A stretch of 62,142 nucleotides of DNA, filler included, from 7 parts of 7 records of this genome joined end to end with filler, not necessarily neighbours in it, one strand, 5' to 3'; shown: positions 51,571 through 62,142, counted from the whole stretch's first letter. Numbers and translations: made by a program. The notes: generated by a model from the letters alone, not told the origin.

Positions 51571-52379
51571 GGTGTTGTCACGTTATCTTCCGACCCAAAA
51601 ATGTATCCTGATATTCGGTTGTCAAGCTGCTCGGCTGGCTGCATCCCAAACGTCAAATGCTTCGAGGCGGTGATATCGGATTGTGAGGGCTGAGCGACGG
51701 CTTACAGGAACACAAAAGCAATTCCGAATGGCTGAATGAATAGCCACGAACCGCTGCAAGCCTCCTGGAGATCGATATCCTTTCATCGGCCGTTCCCGCT
51801 TTCGGAATGGGAGATGGCTGTTTTCGGCACGGTTGTTCAGCCCTTTATGCGACCAATGATCCAGGCCCGGAGCAACCTCTCGCTTGGCCGCACCATACGA
51901 CCGCAGCTTGTCCGTGATGATCCGCTTGGGAATGAAACCAAGACGCTTTATCAGGCCGCGCAACAGCCGTTTTGCGGCCCGCTTGTCCCGTTTCCGTTGG
52001 AGTATTTCGTCCAGCACGACGCCATGCTGATCGACCGCGCGCCAAAGCCAATATTTGCGGCCGGAGATTTTCACAATAACTTCATCGAGATGCCAGACAT
52101 CACCTGGACGGTCCTGACTTAGCCGCAAGTCTCGAGCGATGACCGGCCCGAACTTGATGACCCAACGGCGGATAGTCTCGTAAGAAACGTCGATCCCACG
52201 AGCAAGCAGCATCTCTTCCACTTCGCGAAGGCTCAAATTGAATCGGACATACAGCCACACCGCGTGGGCAATGATTTGAGGAGAAAATCGGTGACGCTTG
52301 TAGCTGATGGACGATGAATTCATCCTTTGGGTGTAAGGCGAACAAATGCAGAACGATGGTGGCCTGAATTTACTCCGCC
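51571..52379 (-). mobile_element. IS6-family insertion sequence (about 809 bp)
   Basis: IS6 transposase, IR-like GGTGTTGTCACGTTA at 51571; candidate degenerate IR at 52365-52379 (8/15 match). Confidence 0.7.
51622..52323 (-). CDS. IS6 family DDE transposase
   Basis: YKRHRF..II.HAVWLY, WHLDE, LWRAVD, ITDKL, NNRAENSH. Confidence 0.95.
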   Translation of the reverse strand: MNSSSISYKRHRFSPQIIAHAVWLYVRFNLSLREVEEMLLARGIDVSYETIRRWVIKFGPVIARDLRLSQDRPGDVWHLDEVIVKISGRKYWLWRAVDQHGVVLDEILQRKRDKRAAKRLLRGLIKRLGFIPKRIITDKLRSYGAAKREVAPGLDHWSHKGLNNRAENSHLPFRKRERPMKGYRSPGGLQRFVAIHSAIRNCFCVPVSRRSALTIRYHRLEAFDVWDAASRAA

Positions 52380-52666
52380 GTTTATACCGCACCGTTCTTG
52401 GATCCGGCATGCTCGGCGTTAAAGGACGGGTCCAGCGAGAGGGCGAGGTCGTCCATATCGTGGCGCGTGACCTTATCGATCTGTCATTGGAGCTTGCAAG
52501 CGTCGGGAGCCGGGAGACGGCCTTTCCGCCTCCGCACTGGCGGGGCGACGAGTTTCATCATGGGCCGCCGGCGCCCGATCCGCGCGGAATGCCGAAGCCG
52601 CGCGATATGTTCGATCCCTATGGGCATATTGATGAGATCAAGGTGAAGACGCGGGACTTTCGATAA
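52380..52666 (+). pseudogene. dnaE2: C-terminal remnant of error-prone DNA polymerase DnaE2 (ImuC)
   Basis: GVKGRVQREGEVVHIVA..L.DLS, RGDEFHHG, terminal IKVKTRDFR (S/T-RDFR/H motif); about 95 codons only. Confidence 0.85.
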
Positions 52667-52959
52667 GTAGTCCTCCAATGAGCGAACGAACAGTCACTTT
52701 GGACCACTCTGCCATGGGCGCCCAAATCATTCAGTGAGACACCCGCGTTATAAGTTTTCTGCACAGTCCTTATAACCCCTTTGATAGAGGCCATGTCAGG
52801 AAGGAAGAAGATGTCTCACACAAGGACAGACCCGGGCTTTCACTGAGCCTGAAAGAATCAGTCCGCCGGTATGTTCAGGCTTCAATCATGCCTCGCATCA
52901 CGAATTCAGCTTCCTGCCCGGCCTCAACTTCCGACGGATAACCAAGCGAAACATTGCGG

Positions 52960-53059
52960 NNNNNNNNNNNNNNNNNNNNNNNNNNNNNNNNNNNNNNNNN
53001 NNNTTAATTAATTAANNNNNNNNNNNNNNNNNNNNNNNNNNNNNNNNNNNNNNNNNNNN
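52960..53059. other. artificial contig spacer
   Basis: N44-TTAATTAATTAA-N44. Confidence 0.98.
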
Positions 53060-53284
53060 CTTGATCCGGAAATGATCAAGGAAGTGCTGGATGTCATGGT
53101 CGAGCTGGCCAATGACGGCATGACAATGGTTTGCGTGACCCATGAAATGGGCTTTGCGCGGCAAGTGGCAAGCCGTGTCGTCTTTATGGATCAAGGCGAG
53201 ATTGTCGAAGAAGAAGAGCCTGAGGTTTTCTTCAATGCGCCCAAGAATGAACGCACAAAGGCTTTCCTCGCTCAGATTTTGTGA
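53060..53284 (+). CDS. polar amino-acid ABC transporter ATP-binding protein, 5' truncated
   Basis: [26 protein letters not shown]. Confidence 0.92.
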   Translation, partial: LDPEMIKEVLDVMVELANDGMTMVCVTHEMGFARQVASRVVFMDQGEIVEEEEPEVFFNAPKNERTKAFLAQIL

Positions 53285-53303
53285 TGAGAGTAATATATAT
53301 TAC

Positions 53304-53789
53304 TCAGTCAGCAGATGGATTTTTGATCGATTTAATATAGTCAATTGCGTTGATGAATTTATGGGCTTTGGCTTCGCTATAGGTAACAACCTTGGTAATT
53401 TCGCGGCCTTCGGTGCTGGTTATTCGAATAATGTAATAGCTTCTCTTCGTAAAGAGATCGGCAGTTCCGATTGAGTTATAGTAAATCCGTAGGCTTTTTC
53501 CTCTTGTTGTAGTGCTTGAGGATCCTGAGACGATTGCTACTGAGCTCGTGACAGCAATCGCAGTGCCGAGACCGTTGCTGGTTGACTGCACACCATATCC
53601 GAGCCAAAGAAACTGATCGTTGAACTCAACTGCATCGGGTTTTCGCGCAGAGGGTTGCTCCATGAACACCTGCTCAATGATGTTCTTTGCGTCCTGCTCT
53701 GTAAGTGTGGAAGTTGGTTGAGCCGTATACGCGACAGGCTTTGCGCAGCCAAACATCAAAAGAATCAAGATGATGGAGTAAATCTTCAT
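53304..53789 (-). CDS. hypothetical lipoprotein
   Basis: MKIYSIILILLMFGC lipobox. Confidence 0.7.
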   Translation of the reverse strand: MKIYSIILILLMFGCAKPVAYTAQPTSTLTEQDAKNIIEQVFMEQPSARKPDAVEFNDQFLWLGYGVQSTSNGLGTAIAVTSSVAIVSGSSSTTTRGKSLRIYYNSIGTADLFTKRSYYIIRITSTEGREITKVVTYSEAKAHKFINAIDYIKSIKNPSAD

Positions 53790-53919
53790 GTTCTATCCAG
53801 TCGATAACTTGAAATTTTGACATAACGCAGTCGCAATATCATTGGTGTTATCGTTGAATAAAGCAACGCCGGTATTTGGTGGGTATCGTGTGGAACATTT
53901 GGAAGCCTATGAGCCTTCT

Positions 53920-54333
53920 ATGAAGAGACCTAAAATTATAGATAGTGCTGTTCGCGATGTATTTGACGCTTACGCGACCTTGCGGCGCAAACGGATCATG
54001 TATTTACGTGATCTAATTTTCGAAGTGGCAGCACAGACAGATGGTGTCGGTGAGATTGTCGAGACGCTGAAATGGGGGCAGCCGTCCTATCTCACCGCGA
54101 AGCCAAAGAGCGGTGCAACCATTCGCATAGGTGAGCATGGCGAAGGTTACGCCATGTTTGTTCATTGCAGCACATCACTTGTCGCTACTTATCGTGAGTT
54201 GTATGGCCGTGAGCTAAGATTTGAGGGCAAGCGGGCTGTCATATTCGCCCTGCAAGACAATTTGCCGACAGATATCGTTCGCCATTGCATAGCGCTGGCG
54301 TTGACCTATCACCAACGAAAGCGAGCCACATAG
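53920..54333 (+). CDS. DUF1801 domain protein
   Basis: ETLKWGQPSY, FVHCSTSL, FEGKRA, ALTYH. Confidence 0.85.
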   Translation: MKRPKIIDSAVRDVFDAYATLRRKRIMYLRDLIFEVAAQTDGVGEIVETLKWGQPSYLTAKPKSGATIRIGEHGEGYAMFVHCSTSLVATYRELYGRELRFEGKRAVIFALQDNLPTDIVRHCIALALTYHQRKRAT

Positions 54334-54346
54334 ACATATGCGAGTT

Positions 54347-54985
54347 TTACCGGCCGCTGTGATCGCTCGTCAGGCGCAGGAATTCTTCGCGTGTTTTGGG
54401 GTCATTGCGGACGGCCCCGATAAGGTGGCTTGTGGAAAGCACCGAACCGGGATTATTGACGCCGCGAATGGTCATGCAGGAATGTTCAGCCTGAATGACA
54501 ACACCGACGCCGCGCGGTTTCAGAACTTCGGCAATGGCTTTTGCAACGTCTGCTGTCAGCTTTTCCTGAATCTGGAGGCGGCGGGCATAGCCCTGGACCA
54601 CACGGGCGAGCTTTGAAATGCCCACGACGCGCTTTGACGGCAGATATCCGACATGGGCATAGCCCGTGACCGGCAGCATGTGATGCTCGCAGAAGCTGAC
54701 CACGCGAATATTGCGCAACACGATCAACTCGTCATAGCCACCAACTTCTTCAAACACACGTTCAAGATATTCGCGCGGATCGGTTTCATAGCCTTTGAAA
54801 AGCTCGCTATAGGAGCGGACAACACGCGCAGGCGTGTCGAGAAGGCCTTCGCGGTTCGGATCTTCACCGGCCCAACGGATCAGGGTGCGGACTGCCGCTT
54901 CGGCTTCGGTGCGCGAGGGTGGTGCCTCTTTGGGGGCGGTTTTGCGCGGAGCTTTTTTGGCTTTGGTGACTTTTTTTATGGCCAT
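54347..54985 (-). CDS. folE: GTP cyclohydrolase I
   Basis: [34 protein letters not shown]. Confidence 0.96.
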   Translation of the reverse strand: MAIKKVTKAKKAPRKTAPKEAPPSRTEAEAAVRTLIRWAGEDPNREGLLDTPARVVRSYSELFKGYETDPREYLERVFEEVGGYDELIVLRNIRVVSFCEHHMLPVTGYAHVGYLPSKRVVGISKLARVVQGYARRLQIQEKLTADVAKAIAEVLKPRGVGVVIQAEHSCMTIRGVNNPGSVLSTSHLIGAVRNDPKTREEFLRLTSDHSGR

Positions 54986-55108
54986 GGACGTGGCTCCTAG
55001 AGGCGAACGGGTCGCAAGTGAATATTTGTTGCGCAGTTTGGTCGGCAATGCGCGGTGATTCAACCATTGAAGGCAGGAAATCCGAACAGTTGACGTTTTT
55101 CAGACTGT

Positions 55109-55624
55109 CTACGCTTCGAAAACAGCTTCGGATTGCGCATAGGCGCTAAATCCATGCTGCTGATAGAGGCGTAAAGCATTTGGATGGTCGAGAGTGCAGG
55201 TTTGAATGGTTAGCCGCTCTGGGCCCCGCGACCACGCGATGCGAATGGCCTCGCATAGGAGGAACCTCCCGATGCCACGTCCAATATGTTCCGGCATGAT
55301 GCCCAAGAAGCAAAGATCTGCATCGGGCATGCTGCGATAGTCGATTTCGGTGAAACCGGCAGGTGAGCCATCGATCCAGAGGACATAAATTTCCACATCA
55401 TCATTGTGGATGATGCTCGTCAGAGCTTCATCGGAGAGTTTGCGGCGGCTGACCCACGCGTAATCGCGCCCGATTGTGTCGTAGAGATAGCGATAGAAAT
55501 GAACAGGTGGTTTGTCCGCTCGCATCAGAGCGAATTTTCCATGCGGCTTTGCAATTACCGGCAAGCGTGGCTCGGAATGCATGTCGAGATGGGTAATAAT
55601 TGTCTTGTGAACGGTGCCCATCAA
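55109..55624 (-). CDS. GNAT family N-acetyltransferase
   Basis: GRGIGR motif A, TCTLDHPNALRLYQ..GF. Confidence 0.9.
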   Translation of the reverse strand: MMGTVHKTIITHLDMHSEPRLPVIAKPHGKFALMRADKPPVHFYRYLYDTIGRDYAWVSRRKLSDEALTSIIHNDDVEIYVLWIDGSPAGFTEIDYRSMPDADLCFLGIMPEHIGRGIGRFLLCEAIRIAWSRGPERLTIQTCTLDHPNALRLYQQHGFSAYAQSEAVFEA

Positions 55625-55631
55625 TATGAAC

Positions 55632-56480
55632 TCACGTTTCTATCGGCAGGCCTTTGACGGCTCCCCATTCCGCCCAGGATCCATCATAGACGGCGGCCTG
55701 ATCATGGCCCAACACCGCCAAACCAAGCGCCAGAATGCACGCGCTGACCCCGGACCCGCAAGTGGTAACAATAGGACGTTTAATGTTGACGCCAGCCTCA
55801 TCGAAAAGTCGGGCGAGTTCGTCTCTGGACTTCAATGTGCCATCTGTATTGACAAGTTGGGAGGAGGGAAGGTTGGAACTGCCGGGAATATGACCTCCCT
55901 GAAGACCGGGACGCGGTTCGTCCTCTGTCGCCTTGAAGCGGCCATTGCTGCGTGCATCGAGGACCTGTTCGTCACAAGTATCGAGATTATGCAGGATTGC
56001 CGCGCGGTCCCGCACGAGAGGCATATTACGACGGGCCGTGAAATGTCGGGGCGAGGGGCGCGCGCGCTCGTCAGTGAGGGGTCGCCCTTCGGCTTTCCAT
56101 TTTTTCAATCCGCCATCCAGCACCACAACATCCATCAGACCCATGACACGGAACATCCACCAGACGCGGGGCGAACTGAAAAGGCCGGCACCGTCATAAA
56201 CCACCACGCGTGTGCCATCACCTATGCCGAGAGCCCGCACGCGCGAAGAGAATTTTTCTGGTGCGGGCAACATGTGAGGATATGGGCTCGACGTGTCCGC
56301 GATTTCGTCGATATCGAAGAACATTGCACCCGGAATATGCTCGCGTTCGAATTCAGCGCGCGGGTTGCGCTGCGCGGTCGGCAGATACCATGACGCATCG
56401 AGGATGCGGACATCTGGCGCATCGAGATGGGCGGCGAGCCATTCAGTGCTGACAAGCGGGCTATCGGGCGACATGGACAC
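55632..56480 (-). CDS. sseA: 3-mercaptopyruvate sulfurtransferase
   Basis: HIPGA.FFDID, CGSGVSA active loop, YDGSWAEW. Confidence 0.93.
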   Translation of the reverse strand: MSMSPDSPLVSTEWLAAHLDAPDVRILDASWYLPTAQRNPRAEFEREHIPGAMFFDIDEIADTSSPYPHMLPAPEKFSSRVRALGIGDGTRVVVYDGAGLFSSPRVWWMFRVMGLMDVVVLDGGLKKWKAEGRPLTDERARPSPRHFTARRNMPLVRDRAAILHNLDTCDEQVLDARSNGRFKATEDEPRPGLQGGHIPGSSNLPSSQLVNTDGTLKSRDELARLFDEAGVNIKRPIVTTCGSGVSACILALGLAVLGHDQAAVYDGSWAEWGAVKGLPIET

Positions 56481-56510
56481 GGTGGGGTTCTTTCTCGCGA
56501 ATGGAACTGA

Positions 56511-57509
56511 TTAGAGCCAGTCAGGTGTAGGAAGGTTTTTCTCTTTGAGAAACTCGGGATTGAACAGCTTGGTCTGGTAGCGTGTTCCGTAATCGCAAAG
56601 AATGGTGACGATGGTATGACCCGGACCGAGGTCTCGAGCGAGACGGATGGCGCCAGCGACATTGATGCCTGACGAACCGCCCAAGCACAGACCTTCTTCC
56701 TTCAACAGGTCAAAGACGATTGGCAATGCTTCTTCGTCGGCGATTTGATAGGCATCGTCGAGAGGCATGCCTTCCAGATTTGCGGTGATCCGACCCTGAC
56801 CGATACCTTCGGTAATGGATGAGCCTTCCGCTTTCAATTCGCCATGCTTGTAAAAATTGTACAACGCCGCGCCATGCGGATCAGACAACGCGATCTTGAT
56901 ATCCTTGTTGCGCTCTTTCAGCGCCATTGAAATACCTGCCAGTGTGCCACCTGTTCCCACAGCGCAGGTGAAACCGTCCACCTTACCATCTGTCTGAGAC
57001 CAGATTTCAGGTCCTGTGGTTTCGATATGGGCCTGACGATTGGCCACATTGTCAAACTGGTTGGCCCAGATTGCGCCAGCCGGTTCGCTTTCGGCCAGCT
57101 CGGCCGCAAGGCGTCCGGAATATTTGACGTAGTTGTTTTCATCCTTGTAAGGGACGGCGGGAACTTCAATCAGGCGCGCACCGCAAAGGCGCAGCATATC
57201 TTTCTTTTCCTGAGACTGGGTTTCGGGGATAACGATGACGCTTTTGAAGCCCATCGCATTGCCGACAAGCGCAAGGCCGATGCCTGTATTACCTGCCGTG
57301 CCTTCGACAATGGTGCCGCCGGGGCGCAATTGGCCTTTGGTAATGGCATCCTTGATGATGTAGAGCGCCGCGCGGTCCTTCACTGACTGGCCCGGATTGA
57401 GGAACTCCGCTTTGCCAAGGATGTTGCAGCCGGTTTCTTCCGAAGCGCGTTTGAGGCGGATCAGCGGTGTGTTGCCAATCGAATCCACCAGTCCCTGTTT
57501 GATATCCAT
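56511..57509 (-). CDS. cysK: cysteine synthase
   Basis: IGNTPLI, NPGQSVKDR, GTAGNTG, GTGGT, EGIG. Confidence 0.9.
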   Translation of the reverse strand: MDIKQGLVDSIGNTPLIRLKRASEETGCNILGKAEFLNPGQSVKDRAALYIIKDAITKGQLRPGGTIVEGTAGNTGIGLALVGNAMGFKSVIVIPETQSQEKKDMLRLCGARLIEVPAVPYKDENNYVKYSGRLAAELAESEPAGAIWANQFDNVANRQAHIETTGPEIWSQTDGKVDGFTCAVGTGGTLAGISMALKERNKDIKIALSDPHGAALYNFYKHGELKAEGSSITEGIGQGRITANLEGMPLDDAYQIADEEALPIVFDLLKEEGLCLGGSSGINVAGAIRLARDLGPGHTIVTILCDYGTRYQTKLFNPEFLKEKNLPTPDWL

Positions 57510-57587
57510 TATTGATTCCCGCTAGGCGATGAGTTTCATGGGAACATACGGAGCCAAGCCGTGTGGTTCAAGGCGAAGACTGCGGAA

Positions 57588-58199
57588 TCAGAGTTTTGCC
57601 TTGTTGGCTGTAAGCCATTGAATCATAAGGATTGTTTTTGCATCGCGAATGCGCCCGTCCATTGCGGCGGCATAGGCTTCCTCCAGAGGTACAGCGATGG
57701 CACGAATATCCTCGTGTTCATGGGCAAGACCATGGATGCCGCCAGCCTTAGATAGATCTGCTTTTCCGGCATACATATAGGTCCGTTCGCCATAGCCACC
57801 GGGTGAGGAGTAAACTGTGGCGATGTGGAACGGGGCGGCAATCTCGCAATCGCCTTCTTCGATAGCCTCACGTTGCGCGACTTGCATGGGTGTTTCGTCC
57901 GTATCCACCAAACCCGCAACAGTCTCGATCAGCCATGTCGGTTCATCCCAATAGAGGCCACAGGTGCGGAACTGTTCTATCAATAAAACAGCATCGAGTT
58001 CAGGGTCATAGGGAATGATCATGGCAACCTCACCGATTGTGTAGAGGTCTCGCGTAATCGCTTCCGACCACTTTCCATCGAACCGGCGGTGTCGCAGAAC
58101 AAACCTTTCGAGCTTTCCCCAACCCTGACCGATAGTTTCACGCGAATGAATATCAACATCGTCAAGGCTGCGTGGTGTGGGGAGAAGTTTATGTTCCAT
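57588..58199 (-). CDS. NUDIX hydrolase (ADP-ribose pyrophosphatase-like)
   Basis: Nudix box AG..D.....VAQREAIEEGD, SSPGG, EHEDI. Confidence 0.88.
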   Translation of the reverse strand: MEHKLLPTPRSLDDVDIHSRETIGQGWGKLERFVLRHRRFDGKWSEAITRDLYTIGEVAMIIPYDPELDAVLLIEQFRTCGLYWDEPTWLIETVAGLVDTDETPMQVAQREAIEEGDCEIAAPFHIATVYSSPGGYGERTYMYAGKADLSKAGGIHGLAHEHEDIRAIAVPLEEAYAAAMDGRIRDAKTILMIQWLTANKAKL

Positions 58200-58345
58200 G
58201 ACAGTTCCGTTTTGTGATGTGCTGTCTGTTTAAGCCGCACGTAAGCCTTAAGCATGCATTAGCTAAAGTATCGATCTTAAGTACAGCTATTGGCAATCTG
58301 GTGCTATCCTTTGGCCAGCTAGTGTTTTGGGGGGGCATTTGCGGT

Positions 58346-60097
58346 ATGGCGGATAAGCAAGTTAAACGGATTTTTAAGGACGATCGATTTCGTGCCGCTT
58401 TACGTATCGCGCTCACCTTTCTGCTTATCTCCTATGTCTATCTTTACGCATCGGACTGGATTGTCGGGCTGATTGTTCCCATTGAATGGCAATTTGTTGT
58501 CAATGTGTCTAAGGGCTTTCTCTATGTGACTATTGTCGCGATCGGGCTCGTCTACTTTATCAACCGCGCGCTGCATGAAGTTCAATCAGCAGAAGACCAG
58601 TTCCGGTTACTATTTGAAGCAAGTGATGATGGTATTCTTGTCATCAAGCCAGACGGCGAAATCGAGGCCGCCAATCAGGCGGTTTCTGTCGCAACAGGAT
58701 GGTCACGTGAAGAGCTTCTCGGCCCCCAAAATTTGGACAGACTTGCTTCAATTGCGCCTGAAATCATTGCTCGAAATATACAGCCGCAAGATCTTCCATT
58801 TCGGCAACGATTTGTGATTCATAAAAAGTCTGGCGAATTACTTCCAGCATATTTATCCGTGACCGAATTCTATTTACCTAATGGCGAGCGTCGCATCTGT
58901 TCAGTTTTACACGACCTGTCAGAAGCAGAAAAACGTGAAGAAAAATATCGTGAAGGTGAGCGTCTTCGTCTTGTCGGACACCTTTCTGGCGGTGTCGCGC
59001 ATGATTTCAATAATCTTCTGACTGTCATCAGCGGTAATACAGAGATACTCCTTGATCTTGCAGAACCGGAAACACCCCAAAAACGAGCAGCTAATATTAT
59101 CTGGATGGCCAGTCAGCAGGCTGCGCAACTTATTCGACACTTGCTTGCCTTTGCGCGGCGACAATCTCTTGAGCCAGCGGTCTTCTCGGTGCCTCAGCGA
59201 TTGCATGAGCTTATGCCGCTGCTTTCAAAAGCCGTAGGCTCCCATGTCGAGTTGGACCTTCGGTGCGAGGAAAATGTTTGGTCGGCTTATGCCGATGTCG
59301 CGCAATTTGAAAATGCTGTGCTCAATCTCGTGCTTAATGCAAAAGATGCATTGACCGACAATCCAAAAATCATTGTCGAAGCGATAAATGTCATGGTCGG
59401 AAACCGGTCGGAATTCGAAGATGCATTGGTGCCCGGCGATTATGTGGCATTGAGCGTTACGGACTATGGCACAGGTATGGATGAGGAGGTTCGCACACGT
59501 GCTGTGGAACCGTTTTTCTCAACAAAAGATGCTGGGCATGGGATTGGACTTGGTCTCAGCACAGTATTTGGTTTTGCCAAACAATCTGGTGGACATCTGG
59601 ATATTCGTAGTGACCGCGGTGTCGGTACGACGATGACTATTTTCCTGCCGCGTCCAGTTGGTGGCGGATTGGATAGCTCAGACAAACCTGATGCCCGAGA
59701 GATTGTGGGAGGGAACGAAAGCATACTGGTCGTGGAGGATGACCCGTTGGTAAGGGTATTCCTAGACAATGCGCTTTCTCAGCTTGGTTACAAGGTGGTT
59801 TCAGTCGGTGATGCTCACGAGGCGATGACGCTTCTAGGGAATAGTACTGCCATTGACTTGCTGCTTGCTGATGTGGTTTTGCCGCGAGGTATGAGCGGTC
59901 GCGAGCTTGCCCAGAAACTCAAGGAAACGCATCCGGACATGGGCGTGTTGTTTATTTCCGGATTTCCGGACGAGGAAGTACCAGGGCCAGATGGACAGCG
60001 GTCACCAGCCCTTAAAAAGCCATTTCAGGTGCAAGATCTGGCCAAGCGAATTCGGGAAACGATAGAAGAATGCCGCAATCGGCGGGCGAGCAGCTGA
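58346..60097 (+). CDS. hybrid sensor histidine kinase (TM-PAS-HK-REC)
   Basis: GGVAHDFNNLL, NLVLNA, D.GTGM, GLGLS, receiver VVEDD..D..KP. Confidence 0.92.
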   Translation: MADKQVKRIFKDDRFRAALRIALTFLLISYVYLYASDWIVGLIVPIEWQFVVNVSKGFLYVTIVAIGLVYFINRALHEVQSAEDQFRLLFEASDDGILVIKPDGEIEAANQAVSVATGWSREELLGPQNLDRLASIAPEIIARNIQPQDLPFRQRFVIHKKSGELLPAYLSVTEFYLPNGERRICSVLHDLSEAEKREEKYREGERLRLVGHLSGGVAHDFNNLLTVISGNTEILLDLAEPETPQKRAANIIWMASQQAAQLIRHLLAFARRQSLEPAVFSVPQRLHELMPLLSKAVGSHVELDLRCEENVWSAYADVAQFENAVLNLVLNAKDALTDNPKIIVEAINVMVGNRSEFEDALVPGDYVALSVTDYGTGMDEEVRTRAVEPFFSTKDAGHGIGLGLSTVFGFAKQSGGHLDIRSDRGVGTTMTIFLPRPVGGGLDSSDKPDAREIVGGNESILVVEDDPLVRVFLDNALSQLGYKVVSVGDAHEAMTLLGNSTAIDLLLADVVLPRGMSGRELAQKLKETHPDMGVLFISGFPDEEVPGPDGQRSPALKKPFQVQDLAKRIRETIEECRNRRASS

Positions 60098-60156
60098 CCC
60101 TGCCGAATTGAGTGCTTAAGTGATAGTGTCCCGGTATCGGAATCGGGGCGAATCAG

Positions 60157-61989
60157 GTGCAAGGCGAAGCGAGACCCATAAGTGTGACGCGCGAACCAGT
60201 AAAGGTGTTGCGCGATGTCTTCGGCTTGTCGTCCTTTCGTGGCCAGCAGGAAGATATAATTTCGCATGTTATAGAAGGGCGCGACGCGGTTGTTTTGTTG
60301 CCCACAGGGGCAGGTAAATCACTTTGTTTCCAGATACCAGCGCTCTGCCTTGACGGTGTTGCAATCGTTGTGTCACCGCTCATTGCTTTGATGCGTGATC
60401 AGGTGGAAGCTTTGCGACAGGCTGGCGTCCGCGCGGCGGCTCTAAATTCGACGCTTATCCCCGAAGAAATGGTCGACATCCGCAATGCGCTAGCGGCTGG
60501 TGAAATTGATCTTCTTTATGTAACACCCGAGCGTCTGGTGAGTGATGGATTTCTCGGACTCTTGGCGCGGCTTGATATCAGTCTGTTTGCTATCGATGAG
60601 GCACATTGTGTCAGCCAGTGGGGGCATGATTTCCGACCCGAATATATGCAACTGGCAGTTTTGGGTGAGCGTTTCCCCGGTGTGCCGCGCATTGCTCTGA
60701 CGGCGACGGCAAATCCCCAGACACGCGATGATCTTATCCATCGCTTGCAACTCGATAATGCGCGGGTTTTTTCTGCTAGTTTTGATCGGCCAAATATCCG
60801 CTACACAATTGTCCCGAAAAACAATGCTAAAGGCCAACTGGCGACATTTCTCCAAGACAAAAAGGGACAGAGCGGCATTGTTTATTGCCTAAGCCGCAAA
60901 AAGGTCGAGGACATTTCTGATTGGTTGAACGGGCAGGGCGTTCGCGCCTTGCCATATCATGCTGGACTTGACCGTTCGGTGCGGGATGCCAATCAGGATG
61001 CTTTTCTGAAGGAAGAAGGGCTTGTGCTTGTGGCCACTATTGCGTTCGGAATGGGGATCGACAAGCCTGACGTGCGCTTCGTGGCGCATCTCGATTTGCC
61101 ATCGAGCATCGAGGCTTACTATCAGGAAACAGGCAGGTCGGGCCGCGACGGACTACCTGCCGAAGGTTGGATGGCCTACGGCATGGGTGATCTCGTACAG
61201 CGGCGCCGTATGATTGATGATGGCGGTACTCCTGAAGATGTGAAGCGTGTGGAGCGTGCCGCCCTGGACGCATTGCTAGGGGTTTGCGAGACAACAGATT
61301 GCCGTCGTCGCGCATTGCTTGCGCATTTCGGCGAGCAACTGGCGGAAGATTGTGGCAATTGCGACAGTTGCCTCACGCCGGCACAGACATGGGACGGGAC
61401 CGAAGCTGCACGAAAGTTGTTGTCGGCTATCTATCGAAGCGGGCAGCGATATGGTGCGGGCCATGTGATTGATATTTTACGTGGCAACGTGACCGAGAAA
61501 ATTACTCGTGCCGGTCACGATAGGTTGCCGACATTCGGTGTGGGGGCCGACATAGATGCAAAGACCTGGCAATCTGTTGTGCGGCAGATGAGCGTGTTTG
61601 GTCATATTTCTGTTGATCATGAGGCCTATGGCGCTCTGATTTTGAATGACAGTGCGCGTGCGGTTTTGCAAGGGCATCAGCCTATAAAGTTCCGGCGTGA
61701 CAAAGTTAGTTCCGGGCGCAAGCGAAGCGCTAGTGGATCAGTTGAGACCTTTAGCTCTGATACGCCGGAAGACGAAATGCTGTTTCAGGCATTGCGTGCG
61801 GAAAGGTTGCGGTTGGCGCGCGAACAGGGTGTGCCGCCTTATGTCATCTTCCATGATGCAAGCTTGCGCGAAATGGCAAGGGTGCGGCCTGCATCTGTGA
61901 CAGAGATGGGTGAGATTGCCGGTGTTGGCTCTGCCAAATGCGCCCGATATGGCCGCGCCTTTCTAGGTGTAATTGGCGAACACGGCTAA
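60157..61989 (+). CDS. recQ: ATP-dependent DNA helicase RecQ
   Basis: [34 protein letters not shown], Zn cysteines, RQC, HRDC. Confidence 0.97.
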   Translation: MQGEARPISVTREPVKVLRDVFGLSSFRGQQEDIISHVIEGRDAVVLLPTGAGKSLCFQIPALCLDGVAIVVSPLIALMRDQVEALRQAGVRAAALNSTLIPEEMVDIRNALAAGEIDLLYVTPERLVSDGFLGLLARLDISLFAIDEAHCVSQWGHDFRPEYMQLAVLGERFPGVPRIALTATANPQTRDDLIHRLQLDNARVFSASFDRPNIRYTIVPKNNAKGQLATFLQDKKGQSGIVYCLSRKKVEDISDWLNGQGVRALPYHAGLDRSVRDANQDAFLKEEGLVLVATIAFGMGIDKPDVRFVAHLDLPSSIEAYYQETGRSGRDGLPAEGWMAYGMGDLVQRRRMIDDGGTPEDVKRVERAALDALLGVCETTDCRRRALLAHFGEQLAEDCGNCDSCLTPAQTWDGTEAARKLLSAIYRSGQRYGAGHVIDILRGNVTEKITRAGHDRLPTFGVGADIDAKTWQSVVRQMSVFGHISVDHEAYGALILNDSARAVLQGHQPIKFRRDKVSSGRKRSASGSVETFSSDTPEDEMLFQALRAERLRLAREQGVPPYVIFHDASLREMARVRPASVTEMGEIAGVGSAKCARYGRAFLGVIGEHG

Positions 61990-62040
61990 GTACCGCCATC
62001 GCGGCCAACTCTCCAGATAAACTCCAGCTTTCAGGCCTTG

Positions 62041-62076
62041 AAAAAGACTAGGGCGCGCATTGACTGCGCGCCCTAG
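62041..62076 (-). terminator. intrinsic terminator downstream of tRNA-Asn
   Basis: 12-bp stem CTAGGGCGCGCA/TGCGCGCCCTAG with an A-run on the left (U-tail on the minus strand). Confidence 0.8.
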
Positions 62077-62082
62077 CGAAAC

Positions 62083-62142
62083 TGGCTCCCCGGGCCGGAC
62101 TCGAACCAGCGACCAAGCGGTTAACAGCCGCTTGCTCTACCA
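62083..62142 (-). tRNA. tRNA-Asn(GTT), 5'-truncated by the window end
   Basis: Reverse complement ..GAGCAAGCGG-CTGTTAA-CCGCT..GGTTCGAGTCC..GGGGAGCCA with encoded CCA. Confidence 0.93.

Noticed and set aside
52346-52666. Intact 106-aa gene as given in the ORF track
   Set aside because: Its ATG lies within the IS end and the rest is a DnaE2 C-terminal fragment, so it was treated as a pseudogene.
52667-52959. ncRNA or small gene after the dnaE2 remnant
   Set aside because: No convincing ORF, stem structure or recognisable motif.

Overview
This window is not one locus. It is seven unrelated contigs joined by six identical 100-nt artificial spacers (N44-TTAATTAATTAA-N44). Contigs 1 (1-10565) and 2 (10666-19085) look like Bacteroidota: they are AT-richer, carry TAnnTTTG promoters and have a short sigma70. 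They hold a beta-helix/PDZ glycoside hydrolase-like gene, a GH33 sialidase, a GH20 hexosaminidase, lepA, folD, rpsO-pnp-sigma70-trxB-hslV and tRNAs. Contigs 3-7 look like Alphaproteobacteria. Their content includes ald, an orphan flagellin, PuuA/PuuB-like genes, a peptide ABC transporter, cobS-J domain-bolA, aroKB, xerD, htpX-rsmB-rpe-purH, a two-component pair beside an IS6 element and a dnaE2 remnant, folE, sseA, cysK, recQ and tRNA-Asn. The most striking structure lies between lepA and folD. It is a 662-bp cassette (8831-9492) bounded by 41-bp inverted repeats (36/41 identical). It contains five 41-bp heptamer-built repeat units in two orientations, with 31-33-bp unique spacers between the paired units, plus a four-helix-bundle (23S-IVP/TIGR02436-like) gene. 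All assignments come from reading motifs by eye; no database searches were run.
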